Part shown: one piece after another, positions 10,101-18,619 of the stretch | How the letters are laid out: each line of letters opens with the position of its first letter | Position numbering within the stretch: the first letter of the stretch is position 1 | Origin: Desulfocapsa sulfexigens DSM 10523 | GTDB lineage: Bacteria; Desulfobacterota; Desulfobulbia; Desulfobulbales; Desulfocapsaceae | Assembly: GCF_000341395.1 (NCBI RefSeq) | Contig: NC_020304.1 | Location: 3,390,001 to 3,422,000 of the forward strand | Reading direction: 5' to 3' | Length of the DNA: 32,000 nt | Position numbers and translations under genes: made by a program | The notes under the pieces: generated by a model | Database searches by the model: none | What the model saw: the letters and a program-made list of their open reading frames with translations, nothing else | Told to the model about the DNA's origin: nothing

Positions 10101-10688
10101 CTGGCTTCAGGTGAAAATGTCAACGTTCTGGTCATGGACACCGAGGTGTATTCGAATACCGGCGGCCAGATGTCAAAATCCACCCCCCGTGCGGCCACCG
10201 CCCAATTCGCCGCTGGTGGTAAACGGATGGCCAAGAAGGATATAGGAATGATTTTTGCCACCTACGGCAATGTGTATGTGGCAAAAGTTTCCATGGGTGC
10301 CAATCCGGCCCAGGTGGTCAAAGCCTTTAACGAGGCTGAGGCATATGACGGCCCATCGTTGATTATTGCCTATTCCCACTGCATTAACCATGGCATCAAT
10401 ATGGCTCAAGGGCTGGAGCAGCAGAAAAAGGCTGTTGATTGCGGCCACTGGCCGCTCTACCGCTACAATCCAATGCTTGAAGAGATCAGCAAAAATCCAC
10501 TGATCATTGATTCTAAAGCTCCGTCATCGTCGTTTGCTGATTATGCGATGAATGAGAACCGCTACAGAGCCCTGAAGTTAACCAACCCCGATATGTTTGA
10601 CGAGTTAATGGGGATGGCCCAGAAGGATGTGGATAAGGCATGGAAGTTTCTGGATGGTCGCCGCAAGGCCCTGAAACCTGAAGCATAG
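7116..10688 (+). CDS. nifJ: Pyruvate:ferredoxin (flavodoxin) oxidoreductase, single-chain
   Basis: 1190 aa; N-terminal [29 protein letters not shown]; two ferredoxin motifs [12 protein letters not shown] and [12 protein letters not shown]; TPP-binding C-terminal region ([46 protein letters not shown]). Confidence 0.97.
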   Translation: [1190 protein letters not shown]

Positions 10689-10703
10689 GAAGTGACGGAA
10701 CAA

Positions 10704-10743
10704 CAACAGGGCCAGGGACTTTTTTTCATCCCTAGTCCTGTTG
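10704..10743. repeat. Imperfect hairpin with a T-run in the loop between the PFOR gene and iorA
   Basis: CAACAGGGCCAGGGA-ctttttttca-TCCCTAGTCCTGTTG; no 3' T-tract. Confidence 0.65.
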
Positions 10744-10792
10744 CCTATTCCGTAGAGAATAAATAAAAATCAAGACGAATGTATCTGGAGAT

Positions 10793-12655
10793 ATGATGCA
10801 TAAACTACTGACCGATGAGCCTGGAAAAAAGATGTTGCTGCTTGGTAACGAGGCCATTGCCCGTGGGGCCGTTGAGGCTGGAGTGGCCATTGCTGCAGCG
10901 TATCCTGGCACCCCTTCCTCCGAAATTTCACTGAACTTTTTTCAAATGTCTCAGGAAAGTGAGCTTTATTTTGAATACAGTGTCAATGAAAAGGTCTCGC
11001 TCGAGGTAGCGGCGGCTGCAGCCAATACAGGCGTACGTGCCATGTGTATTATGAAACATGTGGGGATGAACGTTGCTGCCGATGCCCTGATGACTCTTGC
11101 CTATGTGGGCGTGAGAGGTGGGCTTGTTATTCTGGTGGCTGACGACCCTTCCATGTTTTCCAGCCAGAATGAGCAGGATAGCAGATACTATGCAAAACTT
11201 TCCGGTCTTGCCATGCTGGAGCCATCCACCATTGAAGAGGCTAAGGACATCACAATCCGGGCATTTGAGTTGTCAGAGGAGTTAGAAGAGCCTGTTCTTC
11301 TCCGAACAACCACCCGAATAAATCACTCCACCGCTGTTGTCACATGTGGCGATATCTCTCCTCCAAAAACAAAAGGAGATTTTACCAGAAACCCCATGCG
11401 CTATGTCACAGTGCCAGCGGTATCACGTAAACTCCATGTTCGACTTCTTGACAATCTTGCCAGAGCAGAAGAAACAGCCAATCAGTCATCCTTGAATTTC
11501 ACGGAAGGCAAAGGCAACTGGGGTATTATCTGTAACGGAGTCAGCTACACCTATGTTTCCGATGCCGTGCAGGAACTTGGGATAGAGGAGAAGGCGACAA
11601 TTCTCCGCCTGGGTTTTTCGCACCCCCTGCCTAGAGAAAAGGTGAATTCGTTTCTAGCCGGCTGCGATCGTGTACTCATCGTGGAAGAAGGAGAGCCGGT
11701 CCTTGAGGAAGCCGTAAAAGCTTTGGCCCAGGAAAAAGGCAAACTTCTACCCATAGGTGGAAAAAGTACGGCTCTTTTTTCACGCCTTGGCGAATTCAAC
11801 CCTGCTCTTGTGCGAGAAAAAATTTCTGCGTGGTTTGAAGTGCAAGAAACTCTTCATGACAAACAAGAGCCTTTAATACAGGCGGAGTTAGCACCACGTC
11901 CGCCAACCCTGTGCGCCGGCTGTTCTCACCGGGCCACCTTCCATGCTGTAAAAAAAGCTGCCGCAGGTATGGATGTCATCTATCCCACTGATATTGGCTG
12001 CTACACCCTCGGTATGCTGCCCCCCCTTGGGATGGCAGATTTCCTGATCTGTATGGGGTCATCCACCGGGACTGCCGCAGGTTTCTCCAGAACTCTGGAT
12101 AAAAAGGTGGTCACTTTCTGCGGTGACTCCACCTTCTTTCATTCTGCAATGGCAGGGCTGGTCAATGCAGTATTCAACAAACATAACTTTACCCTGATAA
12201 TCCTTGATAACGGTACCACAGCCATGACCGGGCACCAGCCCCATCCGGGTGTGGATATGGAAAAGCACGGGCTTTCCGGTTTTGGCAAAATTGATATTGA
12301 AGAGGTGGTCAAAGCACTGGGCGTCGGATATCTATCCGTCATTCATCCCTTCAAACTCAACAAAAGTATCAAAGTGTTACAGGAAGCGTTTGCCTACAAA
12401 GGTGTTTCCGTAGTTATTGCCAGGGAGATCTGCACCCTGTATGGCAAGAGTCTGAAAATGCCAAAGATGAAACCCTTTTACGTCAGTGACAAATGTCAGA
12501 ATCATAAGGACTGCATCGACCAGCTTGGCTGTCCCGCCTTCTTTGTCAAAAAGGGTCGGGTGAATATTGATCCTGATCGCTGCACCGGTTGTGCACTCTG
12601 CGCTCAGGTCTGTCCTGAAAACGCCATTCGTCCTGTAAAAACAAACGATAAGTAA
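10793..12655 (+). CDS. iorA: Indolepyruvate ferredoxin oxidoreductase, alpha subunit
   Basis: LLLGNEAIARGAVEAGVAIAAAYPGTPSSE; TLCAGCSHRATFHAVKKA; TPP domain GDSTFFHSAMAGLVNAVFNKHNFTLIILDN; C-terminal Fe-S motif CTGCALCAQVCP. Confidence 0.95.
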   Translation: MMHKLLTDEPGKKMLLLGNEAIARGAVEAGVAIAAAYPGTPSSEISLNFFQMSQESELYFEYSVNEKVSLEVAAAAANTGVRAMCIMKHVGMNVAADALMTLAYVGVRGGLVILVADDPSMFSSQNEQDSRYYAKLSGLAMLEPSTIEEAKDITIRAFELSEELEEPVLLRTTTRINHSTAVVTCGDISPPKTKGDFTRNPMRYVTVPAVSRKLHVRLLDNLARAEETANQSSLNFTEGKGNWGIICNGVSYTYVSDAVQELGIEEKATILRLGFSHPLPREKVNSFLAGCDRVLIVEEGEPVLEEAVKALAQEKGKLLPIGGKSTALFSRLGEFNPALVREKISAWFEVQETLHDKQEPLIQAELAPRPPTLCAGCSHRATFHAVKKAAAGMDVIYPTDIGCYTLGMLPPLGMADFLICMGSSTGTAAGFSRTLDKKVVTFCGDSTFFHSAMAGLVNAVFNKHNFTLIILDNGTTAMTGHQPHPGVDMEKHGLSGFGKIDIEEVVKALGVGYLSVIHPFKLNKSIKVLQEAFAYKGVSVVIAREICTLYGKSLKMPKMKPFYVSDKCQNHKDCIDQLGCPAFFVKKGRVNIDPDRCTGCALCAQVCPENAIRPVKTNDK

Positions 12656-12676
12656 AATCCCCGAGGGAAACAAGAT

Positions 12677-13258
12677 ATGAAAGTAATCAGATTAATGATC
12701 GTGGCCGTAGGTGGTCAGGGAAATCTCCTGGCTACCAAAGTACTTGGAGAGGCTGCACTTCTTGCTGGGATCCCCTTTAGAATGAGTGAAATCCATGGTA
12801 TGGCTCAGCGGGGTGGTGTGGTTGAATCAGCAATGATTTTCGGGGATGCCAAAAGCTCGCTTATTTCCGATGGTGAGGCTGATATTCTCGCCGGTTTTGA
12901 ACCCCTTGAGACCCTGCGCGCATTAGGAAAATGTAACAAAAAAACTGTAGTTATAACGAACTCTGCACCAATACCGCCATTTGCAGCGGCTGTCGGGTGG
13001 TCTGCCTATCCGGGTCCGGAGGATTTGCAGATACAGATACTGGACATGGCTGGAAGCCTGAATAGTTTTGACGCTACAACTCTTGCCATTGAGGCCGGTA
13101 ATGTCATGGCTGTAAATATGGTTATTCTTGGTGCGTTAGCCGGCACCGATCTGCTTCCCGTTTCTGCTGAAAACATCAGGGAGACGATTCGCAACAAAAC
13201 CCGAAAGAATTTTATTGATGTCAACCTCAAAGCCTTTGACCTGGGTTTCAAGCAGTAA
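12677..13258 (+). CDS. iorB: Indolepyruvate ferredoxin oxidoreductase, beta subunit
   Basis: GGQGNLLATKVLGEAALLAGIPFRMSEIHGMAQRGGVVESAMIFGD gamma-type oxidoreductase motif; directly downstream of iorA. Confidence 0.93.
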   Translation: MKVIRLMIVAVGGQGNLLATKVLGEAALLAGIPFRMSEIHGMAQRGGVVESAMIFGDAKSSLISDGEADILAGFEPLETLRALGKCNKKTVVITNSAPIPPFAAAVGWSAYPGPEDLQIQILDMAGSLNSFDATTLAIEAGNVMAVNMVILGALAGTDLLPVSAENIRETIRNKTRKNFIDVNLKAFDLGFKQ

Positions 13259-13287
13259 CCTTAAAAGCTACATGAGGAAATGACCCT

Positions 13288-15393
13288 ATGTTACTCAATG
13301 GTACTTCCGAAGCAGAACAGGGAAAGACAGTGTACCTGGAAAAGATATGCGAGATATCAAGCCGTTTAGTCATCGGCATAAACAGCATATTTGTCCGAAA
13401 AATGAACGATAAACCACTGCTGTCTGCCTGTGAAAATAAGTTGGTTGAAGGAAAGTATCTCCAGGAGGATTTCCAGTATGTCCTTATCTGGAACCGTGGT
13501 GTTATTGCCAGTATGGTGGCAGAGCAGGCGTATGAAGTCGGAAAAAAAGTTATTTTTGTCCACGACGGTAAAGATGCCAGACCAGATAGAAGTGATGGGG
13601 ATCTCATCTTTACTGCTCCATATTCTGCCACACCTGAACAGAAAGGCCGTGGGGATCGACCAGATATCACAGCGCTCGACCAGCTACTGCTGTTTTTAAA
13701 GAACCATAATATTCCGCTTGATCAGATTGTCCTCCATCCGGGGTATGGATTTAATTCGGAAGATCCTGTGTTTTTTGAGGCGTTGGAGAAGAGAGAAATC
13801 CGTTTCCTGGGTGCCGGCAGCAAACACATTGATTTCATAGGCAACAAAGTCAATGCCAATAAGATCGCAGCCCAAACAAGCATAAAACCACCAGGGTCCA
13901 GTGGAAGGATAGAGACCGTAAACCAGGCCCTGACTTTTTTTCAGCTGTGCCACAAGGACGGGATACAAAAAATAGTCTTAAAAGATGCATATGGAGGCGG
14001 TGGCTCAGGACAAAAACTCATTGCAGTTGATGATCCTCAGGCGGAGAATATAATCGTACAGACTGTAAATGAATGGCTGGATAAAGGAACGACCTTCAGT
14101 ATCGATCAGTGGATTGAAAAAAGCAGGCATATCGAGATGCAGGTAATGGTGGACCAGGGCGGCAACGTTCGCTTTGGTTCTCCCCGTGACTGCACCATGC
14201 AACGTGCAAAGCAGAAGATCATTGAAGAGACAGCCTCGATCACCCTGTCCCAGGAACTGCAACTGCGGGAATCCATCCAAGACTATTTCAAAATGGTGGA
14301 GGAAAAACTTGAAAAACCCTATGTGGGGCTGGCTACCTTTGAAATGCTGTATGAACCCGATACCGGCAATTTCAACTTTCTGGAAGTAAACACACGAATT
14401 CAGGTAGAACACCCTGTTTCCGGGCACCAGGGCGGTATTCAATTTATCAGGACACAGTTTGATATTGCCAGTGGACAGAGACTGCATGATCAGGAAAAAC
14501 TTGATCGCAGGCGTGATAAGGTGGGAGGCCACACCATTGAAGCCAGAATCTGCCTTGAAGAAGTCTTAGAGACGGGGATGATTCAGTTTGTAAAAGAAAT
14601 GTTGCACAAGGATGCCCTTACCTTGGGTGTTAGCGGGAAAGTTGCAATAAGGCTGCCGGAACGTGCCAATTCAACGTTTTACTTTGATAACCGTATAATA
14701 AGAGACAGAGAAGTTGCCAATGGTCAGGGGCGCTATGACACCATGGTCGGCCAGGTAGTTTCAAGGGGAGTAGATAGAAAGTCTGCCATATTTGAGCTTG
14801 AGATGGCCGTTAAAAGTCTCCAAATAAAAGGGGTTTCAAGCAATATTGAACTTGTGGCAACTATCCTTGACGATCCAGAATTCAGGGACGATCGTCATTC
14901 CTCAAGGAGCAGTGTTGTAGACCGTTTTATGGAGAAAAAAATTGCTGAAAAGGATCTGCTGGAAGAGAACAAAAAAAAGAGGCAAATCGCACTAAACAAA
15001 TTCAAAGACGAACCGGAACAAGTGGGTATTGCGGATTTAGTCCGTGTGATAGATCTGCCCCTTGCCCCGTGCAGAACGACTGTAAAAAATATAATCGATT
15101 TTTTCACCCCGCCCGGATCGGCTTTCCAGGCAAAATCATTTGAAAAAAGGTACTTTTTAGTCGAAACAAGCCTTGTCAACAGAGATCTTTTTCGGTTTCT
15201 CAGCTGTTTTCAGGTAACCAGTGCGGATGCATATATAGCATCAGACATAAAACTGTTTGCAATCCCGACATGTATGGAAAATCCTTTTCGCCTTTTTTGG
15301 CAATATTACACAGGGGAGAATCCATTTGAAGTAAAACAATGTTTGTTGAGAAGCCAAAATCTCCAATTTTTTTGTATGAAAACAAATAATTAA
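13288..15393 (+). CDS. Divergent biotin carboxylase-like ATP-grasp protein, no biotinyl (BCCP) domain, unrecognised C-terminal tail
   Basis: BC motifs: WNRGVIASMVAEQAYEVG (NRGEIA-like), LHPGYGFNSED, KDAYGGGGSGQKL, DCTMQRAKQKIIEETA, FNFLEVNTRIQVEHPVSGH, GHTIEARICLEE. About 60-aa N-terminal extension; from about 15055 a tail without recognised motifs and without an AMKM biotinylation site. Confidence 0.8.
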   Translation: MLLNGTSEAEQGKTVYLEKICEISSRLVIGINSIFVRKMNDKPLLSACENKLVEGKYLQEDFQYVLIWNRGVIASMVAEQAYEVGKKVIFVHDGKDARPDRSDGDLIFTAPYSATPEQKGRGDRPDITALDQLLLFLKNHNIPLDQIVLHPGYGFNSEDPVFFEALEKREIRFLGAGSKHIDFIGNKVNANKIAAQTSIKPPGSSGRIETVNQALTFFQLCHKDGIQKIVLKDAYGGGGSGQKLIAVDDPQAENIIVQTVNEWLDKGTTFSIDQWIEKSRHIEMQVMVDQGGNVRFGSPRDCTMQRAKQKIIEETASITLSQELQLRESIQDYFKMVEEKLEKPYVGLATFEMLYEPDTGNFNFLEVNTRIQVEHPVSGHQGGIQFIRTQFDIASGQRLHDQEKLDRRRDKVGGHTIEARICLEEVLETGMIQFVKEMLHKDALTLGVSGKVAIRLPERANSTFYFDNRIIRDREVANGQGRYDTMVGQVVSRGVDRKSAIFELEMAVKSLQIKGVSSNIELVATILDDPEFRDDRHSSRSSVVDRFMEKKIAEKDLLEENKKKRQIALNKFKDEPEQVGIADLVRVIDLPLAPCRTTVKNIIDFFTPPGSAFQAKSFEKRYFLVETSLVNRDLFRFLSCFQVTSADAYIASDIKLFAIPTCMENPFRLFWQYYTGENPFEVKQCLLRSQNLQFFCMKTNN

Positions 15394-15608
15394 AGAGTAG
15401 CAGATTGTACCTATAGAAAGTTTCTGGGCAGCCTGCCATTCCATTGGCCTGCCCCCCTGAAATTCTAGGCCTGAAATGTTTATCAGCTGAAGACTTCTCC
15501 CCCACGACCGTATCAGATTAGCATTCCGACCTTCTACTGAACATTAGTTCAATCGTTGTGTTGTCTATATTTCTTTATCAGGAAATAATGAATGAGAGTA
15601 ATGCAAAT

Positions 15609-16163
15609 TTATTTTCTGTACTGTTTACGCCTTTTCCAAATCCATGGCGGAACCGGTGATGTCTCACGCCAAAGTCCTATTTGCTGCGTGCGTGCTTTTT
15701 TTTCATAGCTGTACCAATCATTACAAATGGGTTCTTTACAGTAATAAATATGTACCCAGGCCAACCCTTCTTTCAATAACTCTTCATTGAGACATCTCTG
15801 ATCCGAAAGAGTGACAACTGCCACCATCCTTCCATAATCATCCCAGTCTTTCACCTGCAAAGTAACCACCTTTCCAGCAGCCAATTTGGCAGTAAACCTT
15901 TTAGCAACCCTCGAATAGGCCTGATGATACTCAGGAGTATCTATACCCCAGAGCCTTACTCTGACACTGTTCGATTTATATTTAACCACGATAGTATCGC
16001 CATCTATAATTTTTTCTACGATTGCAGTACCCGACGTACCGGCAAGGATCTGAGAAGAGTATAGGAGTGATAGCAGAACAACAAAAAGCAGATACTGGAA
16101 GAAATCGAACTGGTCTGGGAGCACATTTCTTTTTGGTTTCTTCAGCACAATCACAACTTCCAC
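15609..16163 (-). CDS. Thermonuclease (SNase-like) family protein
   Basis: Hydrophobic N-terminus; ATPgene-family core AIVEKIIDGDTIVVKYKSNSVRVRLWGIDTPE and DWDDYGRMVAVVTLSDQRCLNEELLKEGLAWVHIYYC. Confidence 0.88.
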   Translation of the reverse strand: MEVVIVLKKPKRNVLPDQFDFFQYLLFVVLLSLLYSSQILAGTSGTAIVEKIIDGDTIVVKYKSNSVRVRLWGIDTPEYHQAYSRVAKRFTAKLAAGKVVTLQVKDWDDYGRMVAVVTLSDQRCLNEELLKEGLAWVHIYYCKEPICNDWYSYEKKARTQQIGLWRETSPVPPWIWKRRKQYRK

Positions 16164-16348
16164 CAGGAAACAAACAATTAATTATACAATATCAAACTGT
16201 TAAATCTGAAAACAAAGCATATGGCACTGCATCAAAAACAAGCAAATATCACAAAAAGATCGGGTTAAAATAAATATTCATCACCTTTTACACCTACACC
16301 CTTAATTTCTTTAAATAAAGCAAAAAATGGTTCTTGTTATTTTTTCAC

Positions 16349-16363
16349 AGCTTATGATAAGCT
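16349..16363. repeat. Short perfect palindrome (possible operator)
   Basis: AGCTTAT-G-ATAAGCT in the divergent intergenic region between 15609..16163 (-) and 16572..17069 (+). Confidence 0.5.
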
Positions 16364-16400
16364 TAGCAATATATGAGGTACAGCTTTCCCGTGGAATTGG

Positions 16401-16428
16401 TTAATAGACTTCATAGTTTAATAGACTT
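16401..16428. repeat. Tandem-like 11-bp direct repeat, period 17 bp
   Basis: TTAATAGACTT (16401-16411) and TTAATAGACTT (16418-16428). Confidence 0.6.
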
Positions 16429-16571
16429 ACTTCATGAATTGTTAACGCTAGCCAAGAGAAGATGATTCTGGTATTTTACTGGGTAAGAAATTTTCCAGGC
16501 AGAGATAATTCATTCACCTGCTAATACCTGAACGCAGTTACCGAAGAACTCCTCAGCCCCTATTAGATTTT

Positions 16572-17069
16572 ATGACTCACGACAACGATACACTTTCAAA
16601 TTCTGAAGAGGAAACTCGAGATTTCCTGCTCAGCCTCTCTCTCTTCGATAGCTTTAATGTTGACGAACTTTCTTTGCTCGCTCAACACATGAGTTATATC
16701 CATCTTCAGCGCGGCGAGTTTCTTTTTGTTGAGGGTGACAAAGGCGACTTTTTAGGATTTGTAGTACAGGGTGTACTTGAGGTGCTGAAAAAATCAGCAA
16801 CCGGGGAAAATGTTATCATTGCCCGCCTTGCCAAAGGGAGTTCCATCGGGGAGATGGCACTCATCGACAAGTCACCACGATCCGCAACCGTGGTATCAAG
16901 ACAACCCACCACCATGATAACACTTACCAGCAAGGGCTTTGATCGTCTCACTGAAAAATCTCCCATGACAGGCGTTAAAATAATCCAGAAAGTGGCGAGA
17001 CTCCTCAGTCTCAACATGCGCAGAACATCAAGTAAACTCGCAGACTTATTGAATGTATATCCGGTATAA
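16572..17069 (+). CDS. Cyclic nucleotide-binding domain protein (no DNA-binding HTH seen)
   Basis: cNMP fold: LLAQHMSYIHLQRGEFLFVEGDKGDFLGFVVQGVLEVLKKSATGENVIIARLAKGSSIGEMALIDKSPRSATVVS. 165 aa, without space for a Crp-type HTH. Confidence 0.85.
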   Translation: MTHDNDTLSNSEEETRDFLLSLSLFDSFNVDELSLLAQHMSYIHLQRGEFLFVEGDKGDFLGFVVQGVLEVLKKSATGENVIIARLAKGSSIGEMALIDKSPRSATVVSRQPTTMITLTSKGFDRLTEKSPMTGVKIIQKVARLLSLNMRRTSSKLADLLNVYPV

Positions 17070-17124
17070 GTCCCTATCTTACAAAGAATAACTATATACA
17101 ACTGAAACATTCACCCCCTATATT

Positions 17125-18618
17125 ATGTCAGCAACGCCCACAATACTTTTTTCAGACCCAACCCCAGAAAAGCAGCTCTTTTGCCTGCAGCTTTTTTCTG
17201 AGTCTGCACCTGACAATGTCCATATATGTTCAAGCCCTGATGCACTTATAGAGACACTCAGTAAGGTCAAAGTTGATATTCTTTTTCTCAATCTCACATT
17301 ATTTCCCGATGAAGAGTGTATTTCACATCTGGATGCTATTCAAAATGATTTCCCTGAACTTCTCATTATTGCTGCAATCCCAGAGGATCAGACAGCACTC
17401 GAACAGGAAATTCTCAGTCGCAACACCTTCTTTTACATCACGATTCCCTATAAGGAGTCAGAAGTTCAACTTGCCCTTAAACGTGCTTTAACCAAACTTG
17501 CTATCCAGCCTACAGATACATCTGTGAACTCCCGGAAACGCCTTCCCCCATTCCACGGAATAATTGGCGAAACCGAAGTAATGCAAAATCTGTTTTCTCT
17601 GATCAAAAAGATCTCAGAGGACGCACTGGCCACGGTTCTTATCAGAGGAGAATCGGGTACCGGTAAGGAGATGGTTGCAAAAGCAATCCACAGACACTCT
17701 TCACGTAAAAATAAGAACTTTGTCCCTGTAAATTGTGCTGCAATACCTGATGATCTGCTGGAAAGTGAACTCTTTGGTTACACGAAGGGGGCTTTCACCG
17801 GAGCCACCCAGAACAAAATAGGGCGAATTGAATATGCCGATGGTGGTACCCTGTTTCTCGATGAAATTGGTGATATGAAACCCACCCTCCAGGCCAAACT
17901 TCTACGAGTTCTTCAGGAAAAGGAATTCGAACCCGTGGGCGGACTCAAAGCGACTCCCGTCGATACCCGTGTAGTTGCTGCAACCCATTGTGACCTTGAA
18001 CAGTTGGTCTCCGAGGGAACCTTCCGAGAAGACCTTTATTACAGACTTTCAGTCATTCCCTTAAAAATCCCCCCATTAAAAGACCGAAGAGAAGACATCC
18101 CCATCCTCCTTGATGCCTTCTTAGACTTGCATGCTACGAAGCGTGGCAGGGACAAATTCATCATCCCGATGAATGTTATGATCGCTCTGCTCTCGTATGA
18201 GTGGAAGGGCAATGTCCGTGAGCTTGAAAATCTTGTGCAACAAATGTCTATTTTATATTCAGGCAAAGAAATTCAGCTTGAAGACCTTCCGGAAAGGTTA
18301 CTTGCCGATTTCGATCCGGAAGCTGTTGATTATGAGCTAATGAACACCATTATTTCCGGAGTCTCACTTTCTGATAAGGAGCCGGAAAAAATATCACAAT
18401 CGACAGTAATCTCTTTACCTGGAAGGCTTGAATGGCAGGAAGGGCAAGTGGATTTCAACGAACTTATTAATGATTATGAATCACAGCTCATAATAAAAGC
18501 GATGAAAATAACTGGTGGTAACAAAAAAGAAGCAGCTAAACTGCTAAATTTAAAACGAACTACATTACTTGAGAAAATTAAGAAAAAAAATCTCCAGGGA
18601 ATGTGGGAAGAAAACTAA
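17125..18618 (+). CDS. Sigma-54-dependent transcriptional activator (degenerate receiver, AAA+, Fis-type HTH)
   Basis: Walker A GESGTGKEM; GYTKGAFTGATQ (GAFTGA); GGTLFLDEIGDM; C-terminal Fis-like HTH (GGNKKEAAKLLNLKRTTLLEKIKKK). N-terminal receiver-like fold. Confidence 0.93.
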   Translation: MSATPTILFSDPTPEKQLFCLQLFSESAPDNVHICSSPDALIETLSKVKVDILFLNLTLFPDEECISHLDAIQNDFPELLIIAAIPEDQTALEQEILSRNTFFYITIPYKESEVQLALKRALTKLAIQPTDTSVNSRKRLPPFHGIIGETEVMQNLFSLIKKISEDALATVLIRGESGTGKEMVAKAIHRHSSRKNKNFVPVNCAAIPDDLLESELFGYTKGAFTGATQNKIGRIEYADGGTLFLDEIGDMKPTLQAKLLRVLQEKEFEPVGGLKATPVDTRVVAATHCDLEQLVSEGTFREDLYYRLSVIPLKIPPLKDRREDIPILLDAFLDLHATKRGRDKFIIPMNVMIALLSYEWKGNVRELENLVQQMSILYSGKEIQLEDLPERLLADFDPEAVDYELMNTIISGVSLSDKEPEKISQSTVISLPGRLEWQEGQVDFNELINDYESQLIIKAMKITGGNKKEAAKLLNLKRTTLLEKIKKKNLQGMWEEN

Positions 18619-18619
18619 A

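Noticed and set aside
7674-10448. Many 60-130 aa ORFs antisense or out of frame within the PFOR gene
   Set aside because: They lie wholly inside a confidently identified CDS and their translations show no family motif; most likely by-products of coding bias.
15426-15454. GGGCAG...CTGCCC hairpin downstream of the biotin carboxylase-like gene as a terminator
   Set aside because: Only a 6-bp outer stem and no T-tract follows; not convincing as an intrinsic terminator.
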